Below, piece by piece: positions 5,819 to 13,255 of a DNA stretch of 14,235 nt. The position numbers and the translations under genes are program-made. The notes under the pieces were generated by a model. The model was not told where the DNA came from, did not search any database, and was given only the letters and a program-made list of their open reading frames with translations. Source of the stretch: Candidatus Nanopusillus sp. (lineage in GTDB: Archaea; Nanobdellota; Nanobdellia; Nanobdellales; Nanobdellaceae); assembly GCA_036845085.1 (NCBI GenBank), contig DAIUEN010000015.1, positions 1-14,235 on the forward strand. Reading direction: 5' to 3'. The number at the start of each line of letters is the position of its first letter. The stretch's first letter is position 1.

Positions 5819-7060
5819 TTATGTTCCAGCCATAATATATTTATCTATTTTGTCTAATACTATTTTTATAACATCTAATCCTCTTATTCTTCCTAGCGTT
5901 CCTTTTACGCATTTTCTTTCAGAAAAATTTTTTACAAATCCTTTTCTTGCATTTTCTGAATAAATCATAATTGGTACAGGATCTGAAGTATGTCTTCCTA
6001 ATATAGATGAGGTAGTATGATCTCCAGTAATAGCAATAACGTCAAATTCATCTTTAATTCTTTTTATAAGCTCTTCATCAACTCTATTTATAAATTTCAT
6101 TTTTTCTATTGGTTTTTTATCATGACTCAAAGAATCTGTTCCTTTCAAATGTATAAATATTATATCATACTTACTTTTTTTTGCTATAGCACTTTCATAA
6201 TATGTAAATATATTTTCATTTGCAGTACCATTAGATCCCAATGGTCTATATGTATCTATTCCAACATATTTTGCTACTCCTAAGTACATAGGAGGATTTG
6301 CTAAAAATAGAGCTTTACAATTAAATCTATTCTGAAATAATTCTTTTTCATCTAATTTTTTATATTTACTACTACCCCTGATTAAAATATAATTTATTTT
6401 AGGTAAATTTTTTTCTCTTCTTTCTTTGTTAATTCTATGCTTTTCTGAAAATTCGTGGAATTCTTTTATAATTTTATTTAATACATCTGCAGTTATTTTT
6501 GATTTACTGTCTAAAGGTTCTATTTCTTTAACTTTTACATTATCTTTATGTTCATCATTTTCAATTACTTTTTCAGATTCTAATCCTTTTATTACCATAA
6601 CACCTCTATGTTCAACTCCTTTTTTTATTATAATTTTTATGCCATATTCTTTTTCTATTTTTTCAATTTTTTCGTTGAATTCTCTAATAATTTCTTCTAA
6701 TCCATAATCATTTCTTCCTATTCTTCTATCTCTTATTATTAAATTATCATCTACTGTAGCAAAATTTATTCTAAATGCTATGTCTCCTTCTTCTAACCTT
6801 ATATCACTACCTAAAGCTTCAAATACACCCCTACCAATGTAATACTTCTTTATTTCATATCCTAACAAAGATAGATGTCCAGTATCACTTCCAGGGACTA
6901 GTCCAGGGCCAACAACGTCAACAATACCACATTCAGATTCTCTACATAATTTGTCTATATTTTTTTTGTTTGCAGCTTCTAATGGGGTTTTGTTTCCTAA
7001 TTCTTTTATTGGATTATCGCCTAGCCCATCTAATATTATAAACAGTGCTTTTTTATCCAT
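5819..7060 (-). CDS. apgM: 2,3-bisphosphoglycerate-independent phosphoglycerate mutase, archaeal type (ApgM)
   Basis: 413 aa. The N-terminal ALFIILDGLGDNPIKELGNKTPLEAANKKNIDKL and PGSDTGHLSLLGYE match ApgM metal- and Ser-site motifs. The C-terminal ITGDHTT and HTSDPVPIMIY motifs are present. Length is typical (about 400-410 aa). Confidence 0.92.
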   Translation of the reverse strand: MDKKALFIILDGLGDNPIKELGNKTPLEAANKKNIDKLCRESECGIVDVVGPGLVPGSDTGHLSLLGYEIKKYYIGRGVFEALGSDIRLEEGDIAFRINFATVDDNLIIRDRRIGRNDYGLEEIIREFNEKIEKIEKEYGIKIIIKKGVEHRGVMVIKGLESEKVIENDEHKDNVKVKEIEPLDSKSKITADVLNKIIKEFHEFSEKHRINKERREKNLPKINYILIRGSSKYKKLDEKELFQNRFNCKALFLANPPMYLGVAKYVGIDTYRPLGSNGTANENIFTYYESAIAKKSKYDIIFIHLKGTDSLSHDKKPIEKMKFINRVDEELIKRIKDEFDVIAITGDHTTSSILGRHTSDPVPIMIYSENARKGFVKNFSERKCVKGTLGRIRGLDVIKIVLDKIDKYIMAGT

Positions 7061-7112
7061 AGATTATTCTATGTCCTTTACTAGAAAAAAGTTTTACTAT
7101 TTCTCATCTTTC

Positions 7113-7245
7113 CAAGATTACTACAAATATAAATATTCTTTTTATTGATAAACAAATTCTTATAAATAAACCATTAAAAATCTTATATAATCATCATAAA
7201 AAATTTATAAATTCCAAAGTCGTATATACTATGGTCTAAATCTTA
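7113..7245. repeat. 133-bp intergenic repeat, copy A (direct repeat of 11001-11133)
   Basis: By-eye alignment with 11001-11133 gives 129/133 identical bases with no indels. The first 79 bp are identical. The four differences (7192, 7221, 7229, 7242) are all C in copy A versus T in copy B. The repeat fills most of the 187-bp spacer between the phosphorylase stop (7248) and the apgM start (7060). Confidence 0.9.
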
Positions 7246-7247
7246 GA

Positions 7248-8855
7248 TTATGTTCTGTAAGCTTTAGATATATATTCTTTGAACATCCTATAGGAGTTGA
7301 ATAAACTTCCTATTGTTTTTATTGCATTTAGTGATACATCTAAATATTTCTCTTTTTCATTTCTATAAAGGTTTAATATATAATCTAACTTATTATAAAA
7401 GTTTTCTATGTCTAAATCTTCGTTGTAAGGTTCATCAGGATACTTTCTTTCGGATCCAAAGAACCATCCGTTATAATCATCTATAATTGCTTCTACGGCA
7501 CTTCCATCTCTTGAAAATAAAGTAGGAGTTCCATTTATTCCAGCTCTCATCCAAGATGTTCCAGATGCTTCAAATGGAGGTCTTGGTATATGTAAGAATA
7601 GGTCAGATCCCGACAATATATAATTTTCTTGTTCATAACCTCTTCTTAATATAAGAGCAACTGGAGTGCTTAATGTACTCATTATATCGATAATCCATTT
7701 TATTGCATTTTTTGTATATTCGTCTTTAGGATGCCAAACTCCAGATATTAGTACTTGTATTTTATATTTTCTATTTAATTCCTCTAGTTTTTCCAGTCTC
7801 CATAAAATCATGTGGAATCTTTTATATTCTGTAAATCTCCTTTTTACACTTATTAATATACGATCGTTTTCGAATTTCTTATTTAAATAACCATTAGTAT
7901 TTATGTATTCAACGGTATTTTCCTTTAAGTATTCTTTTACTTTTCTAAATTCATTTATATTAATATATTTTGCATATGCAAATACTGTAGGCTCTTTTCT
8001 CCAATTTGGTAAATATATATCATATAAAGAAGCCAATTTTTCATTAACCCATCTTATGTGGTATACACCATTTGTTATATAATCTATTTTCATTCCCCAA
8101 AGTTTTTCAGTTACAAATTTGTGTTTGTATGATACAGCATTAGAATATCCTGATAAATGCAATAATATTTTGGTCAACGATAATTTATCTCCAGATATGT
8201 TTTTAATATCGTCTGGTATGTTATAGTATTTTTCAACTAAGTTATAATCAAATTCGTCTATACCAGCAATTGGAGAATGTGTAGTAAAAACTATCATTTT
8301 CTTAACTTCTTCAATATTTTTATATCTTTTTAATAACTCAATTGGTAGAAATCCAGCATGAGACTCGTTTATATGATATTTATCAATTTTTATATCTAAT
8401 TTTTCGAATATAACTAAAGGGGCTAAACTTAGTAATAAATCTTTCAATATTTTTTCCTCTATATCATCTTCATAATATAATCTTCTAGTTAATTTCCTTA
8501 TTTTTTCTTCATTTTCTGGTACATCAGTATCTATTAGGAATAGTTTTGCATTCGGTAAGTTATATAACCAAACATTAAAATAAATTCTAAGATCTTTTAG
8601 GTCTAAGTGAAATTTTTCATCAATCTTTAAAAAATACTCTAATGGATCAAAAAATTCTTCTTCATATCTTATTTCATTATCTATTATCTTATATTGAGCA
8701 TAGCCTCCTTTATTTACAAATGTTACTCCATAAAATGGATATTCAAAATCATTTGCGGTATATAGAATATCTCCCGCTAGTATCCCAAGTCCTCCAGCAT
8801 AGGTAGGTAATTTTTCAATAGAAAATTCTTGAGATATAAAGGCTATTTTCTTCAT
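7248..8855 (-). CDS. glgP: GT35-family alpha-glucan (glycogen/maltodextrin) phosphorylase homolog, short form, with a non-canonical PLP site
   Basis: 535 aa. It matches alpha-glucan phosphorylase signatures: YAGGLGILAGD (cf. YSGGLGVLAGD), INESHAGF, FTTHSPIAG, NAVSYKH, ITNGVYHIRW, KRRFTEYKR (cf. ARRFA.YKR) and EASGTSWMRAGING (cf. EASGTSGMKAALNG). The canonical Lys of the last motif is Arg here (AGA codon, complement of 7545-7547). Confidence 0.85.
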   Translation of the reverse strand: MKKIAFISQEFSIEKLPTYAGGLGILAGDILYTANDFEYPFYGVTFVNKGGYAQYKIIDNEIRYEEEFFDPLEYFLKIDEKFHLDLKDLRIYFNVWLYNLPNAKLFLIDTDVPENEEKIRKLTRRLYYEDDIEEKILKDLLLSLAPLVIFEKLDIKIDKYHINESHAGFLPIELLKRYKNIEEVKKMIVFTTHSPIAGIDEFDYNLVEKYYNIPDDIKNISGDKLSLTKILLHLSGYSNAVSYKHKFVTEKLWGMKIDYITNGVYHIRWVNEKLASLYDIYLPNWRKEPTVFAYAKYININEFRKVKEYLKENTVEYINTNGYLNKKFENDRILISVKRRFTEYKRFHMILWRLEKLEELNRKYKIQVLISGVWHPKDEYTKNAIKWIIDIMSTLSTPVALILRRGYEQENYILSGSDLFLHIPRPPFEASGTSWMRAGINGTPTLFSRDGSAVEAIIDDYNGWFFGSERKYPDEPYNEDLDIENFYNKLDYILNLYRNEKEKYLDVSLNAIKTIGSLFNSYRMFKEYISKAYRT

Positions 8856-8872
8856 AAATTAATTATATTTTT

Positions 8873-8886
8873 TATTTATATATTAA
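8873..8886 (-). promoter_or_regulatory. TATA-like box upstream of the phosphorylase gene
   Basis: The minus strand reads TTAATATATAAATA at -31..-18 relative to the ATG at 8855. This is consistent with a leaderless or short-leader archaeal promoter. Specificity is low in AT-rich DNA. Confidence 0.3.
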
Positions 8887-8922
8887 GGTTTCTATTAATA
8901 ATTACTAAGTGACAAATCAACA

Positions 8923-10905
8923 CTAGTACATGATTTTTTCTAAATAATTATATATATCAAATTGTTCATCGAAGAAAGTTTTCAAATTATTTATATTTAA
9001 TCTTATTTGTTGTTTTGAATCTCTAAATCTTATAGTAACTGTATTGTCTTGTAATGTTTGGTGGTCTATAGTAATGCAGAAAGGTGTACCTATTTTGTCT
9101 TGTCTTGCATATCTCTTTCCAATACTCTCGCTATCATCATAATATACATCAAATTTTTTTCTTAACATTTTATATACTACCTTTGCTTTATTAATCATCT
9201 GATCATTATTCTCTAATAAAGGAAATACTGCAATCTGTATTGGAGCTAAATATTCTGGAATCTTTAATATTTCTCTGTCTTTGTGTTCATAAAATATATA
9301 TAGCATTGAAAATATATTTCTATCAACTCCAAAAGATAATTCTAATTCTACAGGAATAAAAAAAGTTCCATCTTTCCTAATTGCAATGAATTTTCTTTCT
9401 TTTGATAATAAGAAATGGTTCCATAAATCGTAACCCACCAATATTTCATTACTTTTATAAAATAGCTTTAGTACATCATTCTTTAACTCTTCAGGTACTT
9501 TATCTACAATAGAACTATCTATTTTTAGTACTCTAAAGTGTACTCCGCCATTTTCAACCCAACCTAGATCATCTAAATATATTTCTAAATCGAAATGATA
9601 CATATTATAAAAAGATTTTTCATTTTCTGATAATTCATAAAATCTTACTCTATTTTCTGGAATTTTCAATATTTTTGTGAAGAAAAAGAAAACTTTATAC
9701 AAAAAGTATAAATAAAACTTTGGTATTTCTGTTTGCTTATGTATTTCTTCTAAGTTCAAAGTTTTATATGGTATATTTTCTTCTCTATCTTTAACTAATA
9801 AAACATTAATAAATTGATCTTTATATTTTTCAAACTCTAAGTCAAATAAATTATTTTCGTAGTCAAAGAATATCTGTAATTCGGCCTGAGTAAATTCCCT
9901 CATTCTAATTAAAGCATTCCTAGGAGATATTTCATTTCTAAAAGCTTTTCCTATTATATATAGTCCTAAAGGTAATCTATACCTATTGATTATATATTCT
10001 ATTGGGAAGTTTACATATACCCCCTGTGCAGTCTCTGGTCTTAAGTACATTAAATTTTTTAGTTGATTATTATATTCTTTCAATATTTCGAATAGCCCAT
10101 TAATATCTTCTATTTTAACGTATTTTGAATTATTAAATAGTTCTTCTAAATACCTTATGTCTGTTTCTTGAGAAATTTTTATATCTTCATTAGTGTAAAG
10201 GTATATTTCTTCATCATTGAATTGAGGATATCCTATAATGATTTTTTTGTCCTTATCTGAGAAATATATAAAATCTTCATATTCAAAAGCAAATAATTCT
10301 TTATTTTTTAAATATTCTTTATATATATACATTAGCTCTCCTTTTGTTATTTTTGTTTTTTTATAAATACTTAATTTGTTAAGCACTTCTGCTATTTCCT
10401 TATATTTTTTGTTGAAATATTCCAATTTTACTATTAAAGAAGATTCCGGTCCAACAAATATATTAAACATTAAATTAAATAATTTTACCTCTGATAATTT
10501 ACTACCACATTTTGGACATAAAATATCTCCATTTTTAAAAATTTTGTTCATTTCATCTATGGTCAAAGACTCAGCTTTTATACCTAATTTTTCTTCAATT
10601 AATTTATCTGCTCTATATCTACATCCATTTTTACATTCTGTTATTGGATCATTAAATAATTCTATATGTTTTGATGCTACAAAGACATTTCTTTCCATTA
10701 TATTTGTTGGTTCTATCTCAAATGAATTTTCTAATAGCTTTCCGAAATATATTCTCCAAAGATTTTCATATTTCCTCTTTAATAAGGTTCCTATAGATCC
10801 ATAATCGTAGAATCCAGATTTACCTTCATATATCTGGTTGCTTCTGTAAAAAAAACCGTTGGATGTAGCATAATTAACAATTTTATCAAATTTCTTTTCT
10901 TCCAT
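8923..10905 (-). CDS. glyS: Glycine--tRNA ligase (archaeal/eukaryotic alpha2-type GlyRS) with lineage-specific insertions
   Basis: 660 aa. Matching elements are NGFFYRSNQIYEGKSGFYDYGSIGTLLK (cf. RGF..pS.EIYGG..G.yDYGP.G..LK), the Zn-ribbon-like C..C.YRADKL...CPKCG segment, FNLMF, YLRPETAQG and motif 2 FRNEISPRNALIRMREFTQAE. Motif 3 is SFGVDRNIF. The C-terminal anticodon-binding domain is APIQIAVFPL...IGKRYARQDKIGTPFCITID. Confidence 0.92.
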   Translation of the reverse strand: MEEKKFDKIVNYATSNGFFYRSNQIYEGKSGFYDYGSIGTLLKRKYENLWRIYFGKLLENSFEIEPTNIMERNVFVASKHIELFNDPITECKNGCRYRADKLIEEKLGIKAESLTIDEMNKIFKNGDILCPKCGSKLSEVKLFNLMFNIFVGPESSLIVKLEYFNKKYKEIAEVLNKLSIYKKTKITKGELMYIYKEYLKNKELFAFEYEDFIYFSDKDKKIIIGYPQFNDEEIYLYTNEDIKISQETDIRYLEELFNNSKYVKIEDINGLFEILKEYNNQLKNLMYLRPETAQGVYVNFPIEYIINRYRLPLGLYIIGKAFRNEISPRNALIRMREFTQAELQIFFDYENNLFDLEFEKYKDQFINVLLVKDREENIPYKTLNLEEIHKQTEIPKFYLYFLYKVFFFFTKILKIPENRVRFYELSENEKSFYNMYHFDLEIYLDDLGWVENGGVHFRVLKIDSSIVDKVPEELKNDVLKLFYKSNEILVGYDLWNHFLLSKERKFIAIRKDGTFFIPVELELSFGVDRNIFSMLYIFYEHKDREILKIPEYLAPIQIAVFPLLENNDQMINKAKVVYKMLRKKFDVYYDDSESIGKRYARQDKIGTPFCITIDHQTLQDNTVTIRFRDSKQQIRLNINNLKTFFDEQFDIYNYLEKIMY

Positions 10906-11000
10906 TAAATATTAATTTTGCTTAATTTTTTAATTTTATTTATATAAGAAAATTTTACAATAAAATAGTAGTAACAATTTTTAATAAAATATTATCCCTT

Positions 11001-11133
11001 CAAGATTACTACAAATATAAATATTCTTTTTATTGATAAACAAATTCTTATAAATAAACCATTAAAAATCTTATATAATTATCATAAAAAATTTATAAAT
11101 TCCAAAGTTGTATATATTATGGTCTAAATTTTA
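11001..11133. repeat. 133-bp intergenic repeat, copy B (direct repeat of 7113-7245)
   Basis: See copy A. This copy lies in the middle of the 277-bp divergent spacer between glyS (start 10905) and the RNase J gene (start 11183), the longest intergenic region in the window. Both flanking genes appear to have their own TATA-like boxes outside the repeat (about 10940-10947 and about 11154-11161). Confidence 0.9.
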
Positions 11134-11182
11134 AGAATTTCTATTACTTAAATCTTAAATTAAGTTTTAGTATTCTATTAAA

Positions 11183-12511
11183 ATGGAAGTTGAAGTTATT
11201 GGAATAGGTGGATATTCTTATATAGGAAAAAATATGACTGCAATAAGAATTGATGATGAAATAATAATTATAGATGCTGGTATAAATGTAGATAAAGTAC
11301 AGGAATATGAAGATACTGGAGAGCTGAATAAGTTATCAAAAGAAGATTTGTATAATTTAGACATAATTCCAGATGATAGAATATTAGAAAATTATAAAGA
11401 AAAGGTAAAAGCTATAATTATAACACATGGACATTTAGACCATGTGGGTGCTGTAAATATTATAGCTCCAAAATATAATGTACCAATATATTGTACTCCT
11501 TATGTGTATAATATTATAAAACAACAAGAAAAAGATACCGGGATCGTTTTACACAATGATATAAAAAAGATATCACCAAACTCAGAAATAAAAATATCTG
11601 ATAAAATTAAAGTAAGATTAATAAATATAACTCATTCTATTCCACAATCAGTAATGATTGATGTAATAACAGAGAAGGGCCATATCATTCATTCTGGAGA
11701 TTTTAAGTTCGATAATTATCCAATAATAGGAAAGAAACCTTCTTATGAAATAATAAAATCTATAGGAAAAGAGAGAGTTTTATTATTAATATCTGAAACA
11801 ACAAGAGCAGAAGAAGAAAGTAAATCTCCGTCAGAAATTATCGCTAAATATATGCTATATGACGTTTTATTTTCAATAGATACAAAAGGAATTATGGTAT
11901 CTACATTTTCCTCACATATAGCTAGATTAAAAACTATTGTAGAAATATCATATGAATTAAATAGAAAGCCAATATTTATTGGTAGAAGTTTAGGAAAATA
12001 TATAAAAGCGGCAGAAGATATTAATTTATATAATTTTTCAGAAGTTTCTGAAATAGTAGATGACCCAAGAGAATATAAAAATGTTCTTAGGAAAGTAGAA
12101 AACAATAAAGAAGAATATTTACTAATAGTAACGGGACATCAGGGAGAGCCAGGGTCTGTTTTAGATAAGATTGCTAAAAATCAATTGTCTCTAGATTTAG
12201 AAGATACTACTATAGTATTTGCTAATAATGTAATACCAAATCCAATAAATGAAGCAAATAGGAAAATTTTGGAAGAAAGATTAAAGAGAAAAAAAGCGCA
12301 TATAATTAAAGATGTTCATGTTTCTGGTCATGCTAAAGCTGAGGACCATAGAATGTTAATAAAAATGTTGAATCCAGAAAATATTATACCAAATCATGGA
12401 GATATAATAAAAAAAGCTGCATATTATAAGATAGTAGAAAATATGGGATATTCTTTAGGAAAAAATGTATTCTTTATAGAAGATGGACAAAGACAAATTT
12501 TTAATTTTTAG
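11183..12511 (+). CDS. rnj: Archaeal RNase J (metallo-beta-lactamase / beta-CASP ribonuclease)
   Basis: 442 aa. The MBL motifs are present in order: IIIIDAG (Asp), THGHLDHVGA (HxHxDH), ITHSIP (His) and HSGDFKFD (Asp). The beta-CASP motifs follow: SETTRAEE (A), TGHQGE (B) and VSGHAKAEDH (C), then PNHGD. There is no N-terminal KH domain, so it is an RNase J type rather than aCPSF1. Confidence 0.85.
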   Translation: MEVEVIGIGGYSYIGKNMTAIRIDDEIIIIDAGINVDKVQEYEDTGELNKLSKEDLYNLDIIPDDRILENYKEKVKAIIITHGHLDHVGAVNIIAPKYNVPIYCTPYVYNIIKQQEKDTGIVLHNDIKKISPNSEIKISDKIKVRLINITHSIPQSVMIDVITEKGHIIHSGDFKFDNYPIIGKKPSYEIIKSIGKERVLLLISETTRAEEESKSPSEIIAKYMLYDVLFSIDTKGIMVSTFSSHIARLKTIVEISYELNRKPIFIGRSLGKYIKAAEDINLYNFSEVSEIVDDPREYKNVLRKVENNKEEYLLIVTGHQGEPGSVLDKIAKNQLSLDLEDTTIVFANNVIPNPINEANRKILEERLKRKKAHIIKDVHVSGHAKAEDHRMLIKMLNPENIIPNHGDIIKKAAYYKIVENMGYSLGKNVFFIEDGQRQIFNF

Positions 12512-12526
12512 TCAAAAATACCACTT

Positions 12527-13225
12527 ATGATAGTAAGACTAGAAAATGTAGAAAAAATTTATTATGTTGGAGGATATGAAATAAAAGCTCTAGATAATAT
12601 AAATTTAAAAATAAAAGAGGGAGAATATATATCAATAGTTGGCCCTTCTGGCTCTGGAAAATCTACATTATTATCAATTATTGGTTGTTTAGATAAACCT
12701 ACTAGAGGTAAAGTATATATTTTTGGAAAAGATGTTTCTAAGATGGATGATGATGAACTTTCAGAATTTAGAAAAAGAAACATTGGATTCATTTTCCAGC
12801 AGTTTTATTTATTTAATTATTTAAATGCGATAGAAAATGTAGAAATAGCATTAAGAATAGCAAATAATCATAACTATAGTAGAGCTAGAGAACTTTTAGA
12901 AAGACTTGGACTGGGAGATAGGTTATATAATTATCCAAATCAGCTATCTGGAGGACAACAGCAAAGAGTTGTTATTGCAAGGGCATTAGCTAATTATCCT
13001 AAATTAATATTAGCAGATGAACCGACCGGAAATTTAGATGAAAAATCTTCTAATGAAATAATAAACATATTGGAAAAACTAAATAGGGAAGAAAATAAGA
13101 CTGTAATAATAGTGACACATAATCTAAAAATTGCAGAAAGAACTGATAGAATTATAATAATAAGAAGCGGAAAGATAATAAAAGATAATGCTACTATAGA
13201 TGAGTTATTTGAACTTTTAAAATAA
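12527..13225 (+). CDS. ABC transporter ATP-binding protein, MacB/LolD-like (COG1136 type)
   Basis: 232 aa. It has Walker A GPSGSGKST, Q-loop IGFIFQQF, ABC signature LSGGQQQRV, Walker B LILADEPTGNLD and H-loop VTHN. It starts 15 nt after the RNase J stop. Confidence 0.93.
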   Translation: MIVRLENVEKIYYVGGYEIKALDNINLKIKEGEYISIVGPSGSGKSTLLSIIGCLDKPTRGKVYIFGKDVSKMDDDELSEFRKRNIGFIFQQFYLFNYLNAIENVEIALRIANNHNYSRARELLERLGLGDRLYNYPNQLSGGQQQRVVIARALANYPKLILADEPTGNLDEKSSNEIINILEKLNREENKTVIIVTHNLKIAERTDRIIIIRSGKIIKDNATIDELFELLK

Positions 13226-13226
13226 A

Positions 13227-13234
13227 TTTATAAA
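13227..13234 (+). promoter_or_regulatory. TATA-like box (TTTATAAA) for the downstream surface-protein gene
   Basis: It lies at -29..-22 relative to the ATG at 13256, immediately after the ABC ATPase stop codon. The spacing fits a leaderless archaeal transcript. Confidence 0.35.
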
Positions 13235-13255
13235 ATTTTTCAATAATCCTTACTT

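Noticed and set aside
7185-7205. Possible C/D-box sRNA inside the 133-bp repeat. The minus strand of copy A contains AUGAUGA, a C-box match.
   Set aside because: Copy B has the degenerate AUGAUAA. I found no CUGA D box at a suitable distance on that strand in either copy, and no terminal stem.
7231-7239. Mini-ORF ATG GTC TAA at the predicted plus-strand transcription start within the repeat (also at 11119-11127).
   Set aside because: Two codons is too short to argue for coding. It is most likely a coincidence in AT-rich sequence. It is noted only because it is conserved in both repeat copies.
7113-7245. MITE interpretation of the repeat, based on terminal inverted repeats (AAGATT / AATCTT).
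   Set aside because: It is kept only as one hypothesis rather than called as a mobile element. The inverted match is 6 bp and imperfect in copy B, such a match is expected by chance in AT-rich DNA, and I see no target-site duplication at either copy.
10051-10437. Intein or mobile-intron explanation for the GlyRS insertion.
   Set aside because: There is no Cys or Ser at the N-terminal junction, no His-Asn followed by Cys, Ser or Thr at the C-terminal junction, no homing-endonuclease motifs (LAGLIDADG or HNH), and the reading frame is continuous.
489-12792. Twelve antisense or shadow ORFs from the track: 489-803+, 1673-1891-, 4679-4876-, 4779-5036-, 6017-6283+, 6426-6707+, 6775-7041+, 6951-7148+, 7666-7890+, 10376-10804+, 11743-12105- and 12562-12792-.
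   Set aside because: Eleven lie entirely inside a well-supported conserved gene on the opposite strand, and 6951-7148 runs from inside apgM into the adjacent intergenic spacer. Their translations are low-complexity F/I/L/S/N strings with no recognisable motifs. They are typical shadow ORFs.
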